DNA of 64,000 bases from Promethearchaeota archaeon (GTDB lineage Archaea; Asgardarchaeota; Lokiarchaeia; Sigyniarchaeales; SOKP01). This document shows, one piece after another, positions 1 through 9,039 of this stretch (position 1 is the stretch's first letter; each line of letters opens with the position of its first letter). The translations under genes and the position numbers were made by a program. The stretch covers positions 96,001-160,000 of the forward strand of contig JBHLNF010000004.1 of assembly GCA_048937405.1 (NCBI GenBank), in the 5' to 3' direction. The notes beneath the pieces are model-generated. The model was not told where the DNA came from and did no database searches. It saw nothing but the letters and a program-made list of their open reading frames with translations.

Positions 1-76
1 TTAAAAGCATTTTTAGCACTTTTTCTTTTCTTAGTGAAATAACTTCATTATATGGCCACAAGACTGTTTTATTCAT
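1..76 (-). CDS. 5' fragment of a CDS running off the window (MNKTVLWPYNEVISLRKEKVLKMLL...)
   Basis: ATG at 76 preceded by GAGGT SD-like motif; frame open to the window edge. Confidence 0.5.
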   Translation of the reverse strand, partial: MNKTVLWPYNEVISLRKEKVLKMLL

Positions 77-305
77 TTTTTAACCTCTAAAATTGATATT
101 TTTCCTAAATTATAATAACTAAAAAGAGAATTAATATCTTAGAGAGACCAATCTTTAAGATTCAATTTATCATTAAAATTCAAAATATTCTCAGATTTGC
201 AACTAAACTAACTTAAGAATTTGATATTGGTTTTAAATGAAAATCTGGATGTATGATTTTATAAGATTTAATCTTTTACTCATCCTGCTTATAATCTTAT
301 TATCA

Positions 306-776
306 CTAATCCTCAATTAAATCTTTATAGAAATCTTCATCATACCTATCTTCTTCAACATTTTCTCTTTTCATGTCTAAATACATATAGTAAGCACTGA
401 TTATACCCCCCCCAAGTAATCCAACAGGAATTGCCGTTAAAACTATATAAAGAAAAAAGACCAAAAAAACAATTATATTAGGAGCATAAATCAAGGTATA
501 TAATAATGAAATTAATAATGCTGAAATAATACCTCCAATAATTCCTACTAACATACCACATGTTAGTATTTTTTGATTCCGAGTTCTATTTTTTAAAGCA
601 AAAAAAACTCCAATAACAGTACCAATTAAAAATTGAACATCATAAATAAGATATAAACCCTGAAAATGAAGATAAAGAGTTAATAAATAAGCTAAAGTTG
701 AGGTAATAGCATTAAAAATTAAACCTCTTTTAACATTACGTTCTCGAAAATATTCAATAAAATTCAAAATATCCAC
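306..776 (-). CDS. Hypothetical membrane protein (~4 TM, acidic C-tail)
   Basis: Hydrophobic Gly-rich segments in ORF translation. Confidence 0.7.
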   Translation of the reverse strand: MDILNFIEYFRERNVKRGLIFNAITSTLAYLLTLYLHFQGLYLIYDVQFLIGTVIGVFFALKNRTRNQKILTCGMLVGIIGGIISALLISLLYTLIYAPNIIVFLVFFLYIVLTAIPVGLLGGGIISAYYMYLDMKRENVEEDRYDEDFYKDLIED

Positions 777-855
777 TAAAAATATTGATTTTTCAAAATA
801 CTTGAATTAAGAAAATGAAAAAACAATAATATAAGAAATTTTTCAATATAATTTA

Positions 856-1647
856 TTATCTATCAGCACCAGGTATATCTTTACCTTTTGTTATTACCTT
901 TGTTATTCCCTTTTTTACTAATTTTGTTGGATCCACTAAATTTTTAAGCCCCTGCACTGCGGCATCCCCAGCTTGTCCAATAACATCTCCGCTAATAGTT
1001 CCCCCTCCAATCAATTCTTCTGCAATCACGCCAACTGCTGGAGTTAATGCTGCTGAAACGATGGCTGTTACTGCTGCTACTGCTACAAACTTAGCAATCT
1101 TAAGTGCAATTGGACTGTCTTCTCCTTTCGTAGATTTTTCATCATCTCCCACAGCTTCTAATGACCTCGTAAGCCCTTTTATTAATATATTTAAAGCATC
1201 TTCTTTCTTTTCTTTATTTCCTTTATAATATATCCCATCCTTGTATGCAGATTCTAAAAATTTAGTCAAAGATTTGTATTTTTCAATTTTTTTGTACCCA
1301 TTCCAATCCTCTTCTTTGAAATTTGTCAAGATGGTATTACATGGCTTTCCGTTAGTGACATTGAAAACATATATTTTTGGTTCCTTTTTATCACTTAAGT
1401 AAATAGCTTCATAAATAAAATCTCCAAGCTCTTTCTTATTTCCAATCAAGATCCTGAAATTAATTTTATCAGTAGTACCAATCAAACCCTTAGAAAATTT
1501 TGCTAATGCTACTTTACCTTTTTTTGCTTTCTTTTCATCCTCCAAAACAGTATCAGAACGTTTTTCTTCAAAATAATCATTTAGAACATCAAAAGCATCT
1601 TTAAATAGCTTTTTAGCTTTATCAATCTCCTTTCCCATAAATTTCAC
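856..1647 (-). CDS. Hypothetical protein; Lys-rich N-part, hydrophobic Ala/Gly-rich C-terminal segment (likely start ATG 1638)
   Basis: 263-aa ORF; GAAGTGA-N5-ATG at 1638. Confidence 0.7.
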   Translation of the reverse strand: MKFMGKEIDKAKKLFKDAFDVLNDYFEEKRSDTVLEDEKKAKKGKVALAKFSKGLIGTTDKINFRILIGNKKELGDFIYEAIYLSDKKEPKIYVFNVTNGKPCNTILTNFKEEDWNGYKKIEKYKSLTKFLESAYKDGIYYKGNKEKKEDALNILIKGLTRSLEAVGDDEKSTKGEDSPIALKIAKFVAVAAVTAIVSAALTPAVGVIAEELIGGGTISGDVIGQAGDAAVQGLKNLVDPTKLVKKGITKVITKGKDIPGADR

Positions 1648-1938
1648 TTCATTTTAATAGATTCGAGTTACAATAAATATTAAAATTAAGATATTTATGT
1701 TTATTTCTTTTGAAAAGCGAAATTGAACATATTAGACATTTCCTTCTTAGTTGTCTTGTTTATAATATCGCTAAATTATATTTTTATTTTTTGTATTCTA
1801 TTCTCTTTGAATTTTTCTGACAAGAAAAAGGCAAAATTTTGCTTTTTTAAACAAGATTCCTATACTTAAATAATATTAAATCTTAAATAATAATTAAAGA
1901 ATTAATTTTCTCAATAACATAAATACAAATTGAGTTAA

Positions 1939-2292
1939 ATGAGTGAAAGAATAACTGAAATACTCGATAGTTTAAAGTCGATAAAGGGTGTTCACGGTGC
2001 GGCTTTAATTGAGAAATTTGGGCTAATAAAAGGGAGTGCTCTGCCTGGTTGGGTTGATCCCGAAGCTGTTGCCGCAATGGTGACATTAATATTAAAGGCG
2101 AGTCAGAGAGCAACCAAAGAACTGGAACAAGGTCAATTCTTTAGCGCTATAATAGAATCTGAAAAAGGTAAAATCCTTTTTAGCGAAATTAAAGGAAATA
2201 TTTTGACCATAATTACCACTCGTGAGGCAAAATTAGGTATAATTAACTTAAAATTAGATGCTGCTAGTACAGCATTAGGCGAATTGATTTAA
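1939..2292 (+). CDS. Roadblock/LC7 (MglB-like) protein
   Basis: GVHGAALI..GL...AVAAM...ELEQG....IIESEKGKIL...AKLG pattern typical of roadblock fold. Confidence 0.85.
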   Translation: MSERITEILDSLKSIKGVHGAALIEKFGLIKGSALPGWVDPEAVAAMVTLILKASQRATKELEQGQFFSAIIESEKGKILFSEIKGNILTIITTREAKLGIINLKLDAASTALGELI

Positions 2293-2580
2293 TTTTTTAT
2301 ATTTCTTTTTTTTAAAAACTTGTATATTAGTTTATTTCTGTTTCTCATAAAATTCTTTTCTTAAGATTAAAATCCACTAATATTAATTTTCAAAGTTAAT
2401 TTTCTATAAGAATATCAAATAGCGTTTCATGAAAGATTAAAAATAGAAACCAGAGTTATTTATACTAATTTTAATAGCTTTCCATATATTAACTGTTTTC
2501 AATCGATTAAACCTCTGGGTGAATGTAAAATTCAGTGAAACAACCTTAAAAAGTAATTTAAACAATTTTTTAGTAAATGT

Positions 2581-3180
2581 CTATTTCTGGAGTAGTTTTG
2601 CGACTTTTAGAATATTAAGTCCAAGAATTTCTGCTTGTCTTAACCGATTCTCTTGGTTTAAAATATCACCTGGTTCGTCAGCTGTAGCCGTTACTCCATT
2701 TAATTCACCAGGAACACATATTATCCCACACGAGAGCATCCATGTATAAATGGCATTAATTGTGATTGTTTGACCTCCACATGTTCCACGACCAACTGCG
2801 ATGGCTCCACCTACTTTCCCTTCTAAAGGTCTATCAAATTTTTGTGAATAATGTCTATCAAGTACAGAGAGTAATTGGGAACTCATATTTCGAGAATAAA
2901 CAGGACTTGAGATTATGATGGCATTACACCATCGAAACGCTTCATAAATACTTTGCATATCATCATTAATAATACAAGTACCAGTCTCTCTACATGACTC
3001 GCATGCATTACAAGGTTTTATTGTTAATTTACTTAAAAGAAAAATTTTAACATCCCATTCATTATTTTCAAAAGGTTTAAGAGCATACCTTAAAAGAATT
3101 TCACTATTCCCTTTATTCCTAGGAGTCCCTGATATACCCATAACATTCATTTTTTTTGACCTTAATATTATTTTTATCAA
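2581..3180 (-). CDS. Iron-sulfur flavoprotein / NADPH-dependent FMN reductase (flavodoxin fold)
   Basis: GISGTPRNKGNS, CxxCxxC(x5)C (CNACESCRETGTC), SPVY motif. Confidence 0.9.
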   Translation of the reverse strand: MIKIILRSKKMNVMGISGTPRNKGNSEILLRYALKPFENNEWDVKIFLLSKLTIKPCNACESCRETGTCIINDDMQSIYEAFRWCNAIIISSPVYSRNMSSQLLSVLDRHYSQKFDRPLEGKVGGAIAVGRGTCGGQTITINAIYTWMLSCGIICVPGELNGVTATADEPGDILNQENRLRQAEILGLNILKVAKLLQK

Positions 3181-3318
3181 TAGATTATTTTACAAATATA
3201 TAAAATTATTTCTATACTCTTTTTTTAATGAATTAAATTTTAGTGAGTTAATTTTACTTTCTAAATTTATAACTTAAGATTTAAATCGTAATAAAGATAA
3301 TTTTCTTATGAAAAAATT

Positions 3319-4239
3319 TTGAAGGTGATCAATATAGTAATTATAAATTCTGAGGGTAAATATGATGATAATTATTATTTATTAGATGGTATGACTATGG
3401 GACTGCAGAAATTTCTTTCAATTTATATTGTAGAACATAATGAAATGCGATTAATGATTGATGTCGGAGAAACTTTAAAAATTCGCAAAATTTTAAAAAA
3501 ACTCAAAGAGATGGGATTATATCCAATCCATAAAATCTTATTAACTCATTCTCATTGGGATCATGCTCAAGGACTTTCAAAAATAAGAAGTTCAATGAAA
3601 GATTTGGATATTGAAATATTAGCTTCTGAAAATGCTATTGAGAATTTAAAGCATCCTGAAAATATGATTGAAGGATTTGAAAATATGGGTGATTTATATC
3701 CTTTTGACGAAGAGATTACTCCTTTGAAGGAAGGAGACATTATTGATATAAATGGATTAGAATTAGAAGTAGTCAACTTATTTGGACATACTATGGATTC
3801 TATAGGGATTATTGATAAAATCAATAAAAATATATTTGTGGGAGATGCAATTTTGATGAGATTAGATCAAAATGCTTTTTTTGTACCTCTCATGCCACCT
3901 GATTTTCATGAAACAGAACTTTTGAAAACATTTGATAAATTGAGAAATATGAAGGATGATTTTAATTCCCTCTCTTTAGCGCATTTTGGGGTTTGGAAAG
4001 ATGATCATTTCGTTCAAATTTTAGAAGAGATGGAAGATCTCTATTTTAAAGTTAAAAACTCCTTAATTAAATGGTATAATGAAGATTCATCAATTGAAGT
4101 TATAACAAATAAATATTTTAAAACTATAGTGCCTAATTCAAAAGTTTGGAACGAGAAACTATTTATATTTCTCGTAGATATGATGATAAATGGTTTAAAG
4201 TATAGTGGATTAATAAATGAAAAAATTATTTCTCATTAA
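3319..4239 (+). CDS. MBL-fold metallo-hydrolase
   Basis: THSHWDH (HxHxDH), GHT, GDA, AHFG motifs. Confidence 0.9.
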   Translation: MKVINIVIINSEGKYDDNYYLLDGMTMGLQKFLSIYIVEHNEMRLMIDVGETLKIRKILKKLKEMGLYPIHKILLTHSHWDHAQGLSKIRSSMKDLDIEILASENAIENLKHPENMIEGFENMGDLYPFDEEITPLKEGDIIDINGLELEVVNLFGHTMDSIGIIDKINKNIFVGDAILMRLDQNAFFVPLMPPDFHETELLKTFDKLRNMKDDFNSLSLAHFGVWKDDHFVQILEEMEDLYFKVKNSLIKWYNEDSSIEVITNKYFKTIVPNSKVWNEKLFIFLVDMMINGLKYSGLINEKIISH

Positions 4240-5733
4240 TCATTTCTTTTTTTTGATTATCCCTTTCTCTCTTAATAGTTTAAGTACAATATTTCTAGAA
4301 ATATGAGGATCAGCTTGTCCTTTAGTTTTTTGCATTATTTTTCCAATTAACGCTTCTTTTGCTTTTGGATTTGCACGACAATCTTCCACAATCTTTGGAT
4401 TCTCTTCTATAACATCATTCCCTAATTTTATAAGAAAATTTTCATCGGATATTCTTTTTTTACCTTTTATTTCAAGAATTTCTGAAATGGAAAAACCTTC
4501 TATCATATCTTCTATTATAGTTTTTGCAATTTTGGTCGTAATTTTTCCTTCATTAATGTATCTGATAATATCAATGATTTGATGCGGGTGCAATTTTGTG
4601 TCTTTTATTGATTTATTTTGTTCATTTAATACTCTTAAAACATCATTCATTAACCAATTGCAGTATTGTTTATATTCATTGGACCCGAATGAAGCATCAG
4701 AATTTACACCTTCCTCGTAAAAATCGGCGATATCTTTATCCAGAACTAGGTTATCTGAATCAAATTCCGACAAATTGTATTCTCTCCTAAGCCTTAATGA
4801 TCTCTCATTTGGCATTTCAGGTAATTCATCTTTAACTTTTTGTATAAAAAGATTATCTATTTCTATTGGAACTAAATCTTGTTCAGGAAAATAACGATAA
4901 TCTGCTTCAAATTCTTTTGTTCTTAAAGAAATTGTAATTCTTCTTTTATCATCCCAATGTCTTGTTTCCTGCTGTAATTTCTTTCCTCGTTTAAGTGAGT
5001 TCTTTTGTCTTACAATTTCATGTCTTAAGGCTCGTTCTACTTCTTTAAAACTATTAATATTTTTAACTTCACTACGCTCATACCCCTTAATTGAGATATT
5101 AGCATCCACCCTTACTGATCCTTCAAGATCCAAACTCGAGATTCCTGTATACTGAACTATTGATTTTAATTGCTTTAGAAATTCACGTGCTTCTTCAGGT
5201 GAACTCATAACTGGTTCAGTCACTATTTCTATTAAAGTGACTCCTGATCTATTATAATCAACGAGCGTATAAGGTGAAGTTGCTATACTTCCTTTATGAA
5301 CTAGTCTTGCGGGGTCTTCTTCTAAGTGAATTCGATTGAGAATTATATCTTTCTTATGAGAATTTAATTTAATAGTAATTTTTCCACCATCTGCAAAAGC
5401 CTTTCCCCCCGCCTTATTATATTGACTTATCTGAAATCCTTTCGGAAGGTCTGGATAAAAGTAATTCTTTCTAAAGAACCAAAAAGAATCGTTTATATCA
5501 CAATCTAAAGCTAGAGCTAATCGTGTAGCAAATTCTATCGCCTTTCTGTTTATTACTGGCAATGAACCAGGAAGTCCGATACATATTGGACAGATATAAG
5601 TGTTTGACTCTGCACCTCGGTAATCAGTACTACAGCTACAAAAAAATTTCGTTTTTAGTTTTGTTAATTGGATATGTATTTCTAAACCAATTATTACTTC
5701 TTTATCTTTATATTCTAAATTAGAAAGCGTCAA
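4240..5733 (-). CDS. gatB: Asp/Glu-tRNA amidotransferase subunit B
   Basis: IGLEIHIQL, RKNYFYPDLPKGFQISQ, HLEED, DYNRSG, EVKNINS, YRYFPE. Confidence 0.97.
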   Translation of the reverse strand: MTLSNLEYKDKEVIIGLEIHIQLTKLKTKFFCSCSTDYRGAESNTYICPICIGLPGSLPVINRKAIEFATRLALALDCDINDSFWFFRKNYFYPDLPKGFQISQYNKAGGKAFADGGKITIKLNSHKKDIILNRIHLEEDPARLVHKGSIATSPYTLVDYNRSGVTLIEIVTEPVMSSPEEAREFLKQLKSIVQYTGISSLDLEGSVRVDANISIKGYERSEVKNINSFKEVERALRHEIVRQKNSLKRGKKLQQETRHWDDKRRITISLRTKEFEADYRYFPEQDLVPIEIDNLFIQKVKDELPEMPNERSLRLRREYNLSEFDSDNLVLDKDIADFYEEGVNSDASFGSNEYKQYCNWLMNDVLRVLNEQNKSIKDTKLHPHQIIDIIRYINEGKITTKIAKTIIEDMIEGFSISEILEIKGKKRISDENFLIKLGNDVIEENPKIVEDCRANPKAKEALIGKIMQKTKGQADPHISRNIVLKLLREKGIIKKKK

Positions 5734-5805
5734 AGCTGATAAATTATAAAGTATAAAAATATAAAAAATTCACTCTTAACTTAAAAAATTAATTATAAAT
5801 AAATT

Positions 5806-7548
5806 TTAAAAATTTTGAGAGTATTTATCCATAATTTGTCTATAACTTAAAGTCCTAACACCATTTTTTTCAAAAAGTCTCTCATAAAATTCATGAACTT
5901 CATCCCAAGTCATTTTTTTATATGATTTTAACTTAAATTTTTCTCCAATAATATTCCTCGGATTCATTCCACAACCCAATGACTTAATAGCTACATCCCG
6001 TCTTAATTTCTTTTGAATGCTGTCGAAAGATAAACCTCTAGTTCCTACTAACAAATGGGAAATCTGTTGATATATATAATATACCATTTCTCTTGATGTA
6101 CCAATTTTTTTCCCTATAATAATACCTGTTTTTCCTTCTATTATCCATTCTTTATATTGACCAATATCAACTCCTCTCATAAGAGTTTTTAATTTATAAC
6201 TTGAAGTACCTAAAAGATCATTTTCTTTTTTTTTTGATTCAATATGTGTTTTAACAATTTTAACGTCTAAATATCCATATTTTTTAATTATTTCCTTTAA
6301 ACATTTAATTGAACCGAAATATCGGTCAAATTTATTATTTGACCAATCCAATAAATCCAAAATATCTTTTTTCATGATATTTCTATCATATTTTAATAAT
6401 TTTTCCAGAATTGGTAACATAAATTTTAAGTATACATTTTGTTGCTTACCCAACATATTTTTGATTTGTCGATTTAATTCTCTGATTTTAAGATGCTCTA
6501 AATTTCTGTATTGTTTTTTTATTATTTCAGTAATAGAAATGTATTTTACACCAAGAGATAGCATTCCTAAAATATCCAACCAAGGAAGTTTGTAAACTAT
6601 ACCGCTTATACCACGCCCTCCTCCACCTTCTCGTTCATTTAATCCATTCTCTACGGTTCCAATAGTTCCATCATCATTTCTATATGAACGGGTATATTCT
6701 CTCTCTCTATCCCGTGCTATTCCTACACCTCTAGTTATTTCTACTCTGACAATATCAAAACAACATTTAATAATATCCTCTCTAATATAGTATAACCGTA
6801 TTTTATACTCTTTAGTACCTTTAATTTCAACTAAATCAGTATAAATTTCCTCAAAAGTTACCCCTTTTGACAAGAGTCTACTATATTTAATATTTAATTT
6901 TATTGCTTTCCTAATTGCGCTATGCAATTTTATAAGCGATACATGCATGTGATTTTCCTTACAAATCCCACGGGGTGCTAAAGATTCCATAATATGTTCT
7001 TCAATTCTTCTATTTAAATCATCAGTAAATCCAAAATATGACATCCCCTTAAATGGTTTTATTTTGCATTTTAATTGATATACCATGTGGGTTATTCCTA
7101 AAATAAATCTATTTCTCCAAATATCTTCATTGTAATCCATAAACAATTTCTCACCTTCTGGTGTATAACTGTCTAATGTCCTTTGAGAACCTTGATGTGA
7201 TTTAGAATTTCTGAATCCATATTCAAGCTTGATTAAATAGGACTTTTTATCATTATACCAACGTTCTATAAAAGATTTAGATGATTGTAAGAGTTTTTTA
7301 ACTTTTGGGCTACCTTCATGTTTTACAAAAATTGATTTTCTAACCAAAGAATAACCTTTTAAAAAGCCAACACCATCAATGGATATTTGTAACTCTATTT
7401 CTGGGTCATAAGTTTTTCTCACTAATTTATTAATCTGGGTAGAATCATCATTTTGGTGAGATTGGATATTTTCATCAAAAAATGTATTATTTTTATAATT
7501 ATTCAGTTTTTTTTTTGGGTTATCAGTACAATATAGTTTATCATTCAT
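5806..7548 (-). CDS. GIY-YIG (I-TevI-like) endonuclease with long C-terminal putative DNA-binding region
   Basis: MVY..(SYFG)FTDDLNRRIEEH, IKLHSAIRK, FDIVRVE, DRERE, NGLN-EGGG parallel GIY-YIG motifs incl. catalytic R/E/N; HTH-like TGIIIGKKIGTSREMVYYI. Confidence 0.75.
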   Translation of the reverse strand: MNDKLYCTDNPKKKLNNYKNNTFFDENIQSHQNDDSTQINKLVRKTYDPEIELQISIDGVGFLKGYSLVRKSIFVKHEGSPKVKKLLQSSKSFIERWYNDKKSYLIKLEYGFRNSKSHQGSQRTLDSYTPEGEKLFMDYNEDIWRNRFILGITHMVYQLKCKIKPFKGMSYFGFTDDLNRRIEEHIMESLAPRGICKENHMHVSLIKLHSAIRKAIKLNIKYSRLLSKGVTFEEIYTDLVEIKGTKEYKIRLYYIREDIIKCCFDIVRVEITRGVGIARDREREYTRSYRNDDGTIGTVENGLNEREGGGGRGISGIVYKLPWLDILGMLSLGVKYISITEIIKKQYRNLEHLKIRELNRQIKNMLGKQQNVYLKFMLPILEKLLKYDRNIMKKDILDLLDWSNNKFDRYFGSIKCLKEIIKKYGYLDVKIVKTHIESKKKENDLLGTSSYKLKTLMRGVDIGQYKEWIIEGKTGIIIGKKIGTSREMVYYIYQQISHLLVGTRGLSFDSIQKKLRRDVAIKSLGCGMNPRNIIGEKFKLKSYKKMTWDEVHEFYERLFEKNGVRTLSYRQIMDKYSQNF

Positions 7549-7920
7549 ATTTGAAATTGATTCCTCCCAATTAATTTTTGGTTGTTTCTAGGGTATTAAA
7601 ACATACTTTTCATTAGCTATACTATTTTCGCTTATACTGATAAATCAGTTAATTAGTCTATTTAAATATTATAATCTATCTAATTTAGTAATTTTTAATC
7701 CTTTTCATAAATACAATATGTAGAATTTACTTTTTTATTGGACTAATTAATTTATTTGCATATTCTGATTATATAAGCCGTTGAAACGACAATTTAAAAC
7801 TTTTAGAAAGCTAGCTTATCTTACCAATCTATAGTTTATTAGAATTTAGAAGTTCAATAATATAATTTAGTTCTGGTTTTCGAATTAAGAGTAATAAATC
7901 TTTATAACTAAATAGGGTAT

Positions 7921-8691
7921 TTAGTTAGTAGAAGGAAATAATAATTTCATCTGTGATTGAATTTCACGTTTATTCCATATAGAAATCTCATATAATATCT
8001 TGTAAAAGAAATTTATGATTACTTTTGGATCTTTAGTATCTTTTATTTTATCAAATTCATCCAATTTTTGTTCTAAAGACTGAAAATTGAATTTATTATT
8101 AGGATAAAATTTTTGAATAAATCGTTTTGCTTTTCTAAGATAATTTTTTACACTAATAAAATACTCATGATTTTTCATTTTATCTATAATTTTTAAAGAT
8201 AAATAATATCCTATAATTGTTTTATAACTATGAACAATGTTTATTGGTTCACCTTTAATATTACCTTTATTCTTAGCATCTTTCCATAAATGAGCATCAT
8301 CAATATATAATTCATATAGTCCTTTAAATTGAATCAGATTATAATCGACAAAACAATCTAGTAAATGATTTAAAATTAAAAAAAGACCTTCAAATATCTT
8401 ATTTTTTTTTATACCAGATCCTGCAAAATACATGTAATCTGTTTTTTTTGTTAAAAAAATATGACCTAATTCATGAATTGGTGTAAAATCATTGTCTGAA
8501 GGAAGTAAATATATACCCCATTTTTTCTCTTTTTCGTACCATTGCAAAAAAGCCCTATTTTTTGCAGAAATCCCAATATCGATGTCTTCTTTTTCTAAAC
8601 CTAAAATATTTTTATATTTCATTAAGAGTTGTTCCAATTCTTTGAGTCTTTTTACTTCTTTAGAGGTTAATAAGATTGGTTTTTTCGACAT
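7921..8691 (-). CDS. Hypothetical HExxH (zincin-like) protein
   Basis: IHELGH motif with downstream acidic residues (NHLLDCFVD). Confidence 0.6.
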   Translation of the reverse strand: MSKKPILLTSKEVKRLKELEQLLMKYKNILGLEKEDIDIGISAKNRAFLQWYEKEKKWGIYLLPSDNDFTPIHELGHIFLTKKTDYMYFAGSGIKKNKIFEGLFLILNHLLDCFVDYNLIQFKGLYELYIDDAHLWKDAKNKGNIKGEPINIVHSYKTIIGYYLSLKIIDKMKNHEYFISVKNYLRKAKRFIQKFYPNNKFNFQSLEQKLDEFDKIKDTKDPKVIINFFYKILYEISIWNKREIQSQMKLLFPSTN

Positions 8692-8983
8692 ATTGAGTCT
8701 ATTGTTTACTTTCTCTGTCTTTAATTAATATTTAGTTTACCAATTATAATTGCATTTTTTAGAACGACTTAATTAATTGTTCTTTGCAACTATTAAATAA
8801 TTATAACTCTCAGATGATTTACTAAATATTAGTAGAATTCTTAATCACAAAGATAATTGATTTATTCAATGCTTAAAAAAAATTGAATTCTGAAATTTTC
8901 TTCAATATCCGATCTGATTATAAAAAAGATACATTTTAATCTGGAATATTTAATTGATTCTTATACTATTATAGAAAATCGAC

Positions 8984-9037
8984 TAATTAAATATGAACTT
9001 CTAAACCAATGATAACATCATTATTTTGAATGCTGAT
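8984..9037 (-). pseudogene. gatB: Decayed remnant of the gatB 5' end: (I)SIQNNDVIIGLEVHI*L
   Basis: Matches GatB DKEVIIGLEIHIQL; identical 12-mer at 8999-9010 and 5680-5691; CAA>TAA; follows GGAGGT in the gatA 3' end. Confidence 0.8.
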
Positions 9038-9039
9038 AT

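Larger units (their letters stand above)
5734..8983 (-). mobile_element. Putative free-standing homing-endonuclease island inserted at the gatB 5' end
   Basis: Splits gatA from gatB; bounded by two diverged copies of gatB N-terminal codons; carries a GIY-YIG nuclease; boundaries approximate. Confidence 0.6.

Noticed and set aside
5734-8983. Group I intron in gatB
   Set aside because: gatB is complete downstream with its own N-terminus; the upstream piece duplicates rather than complements it; no intron core recognised
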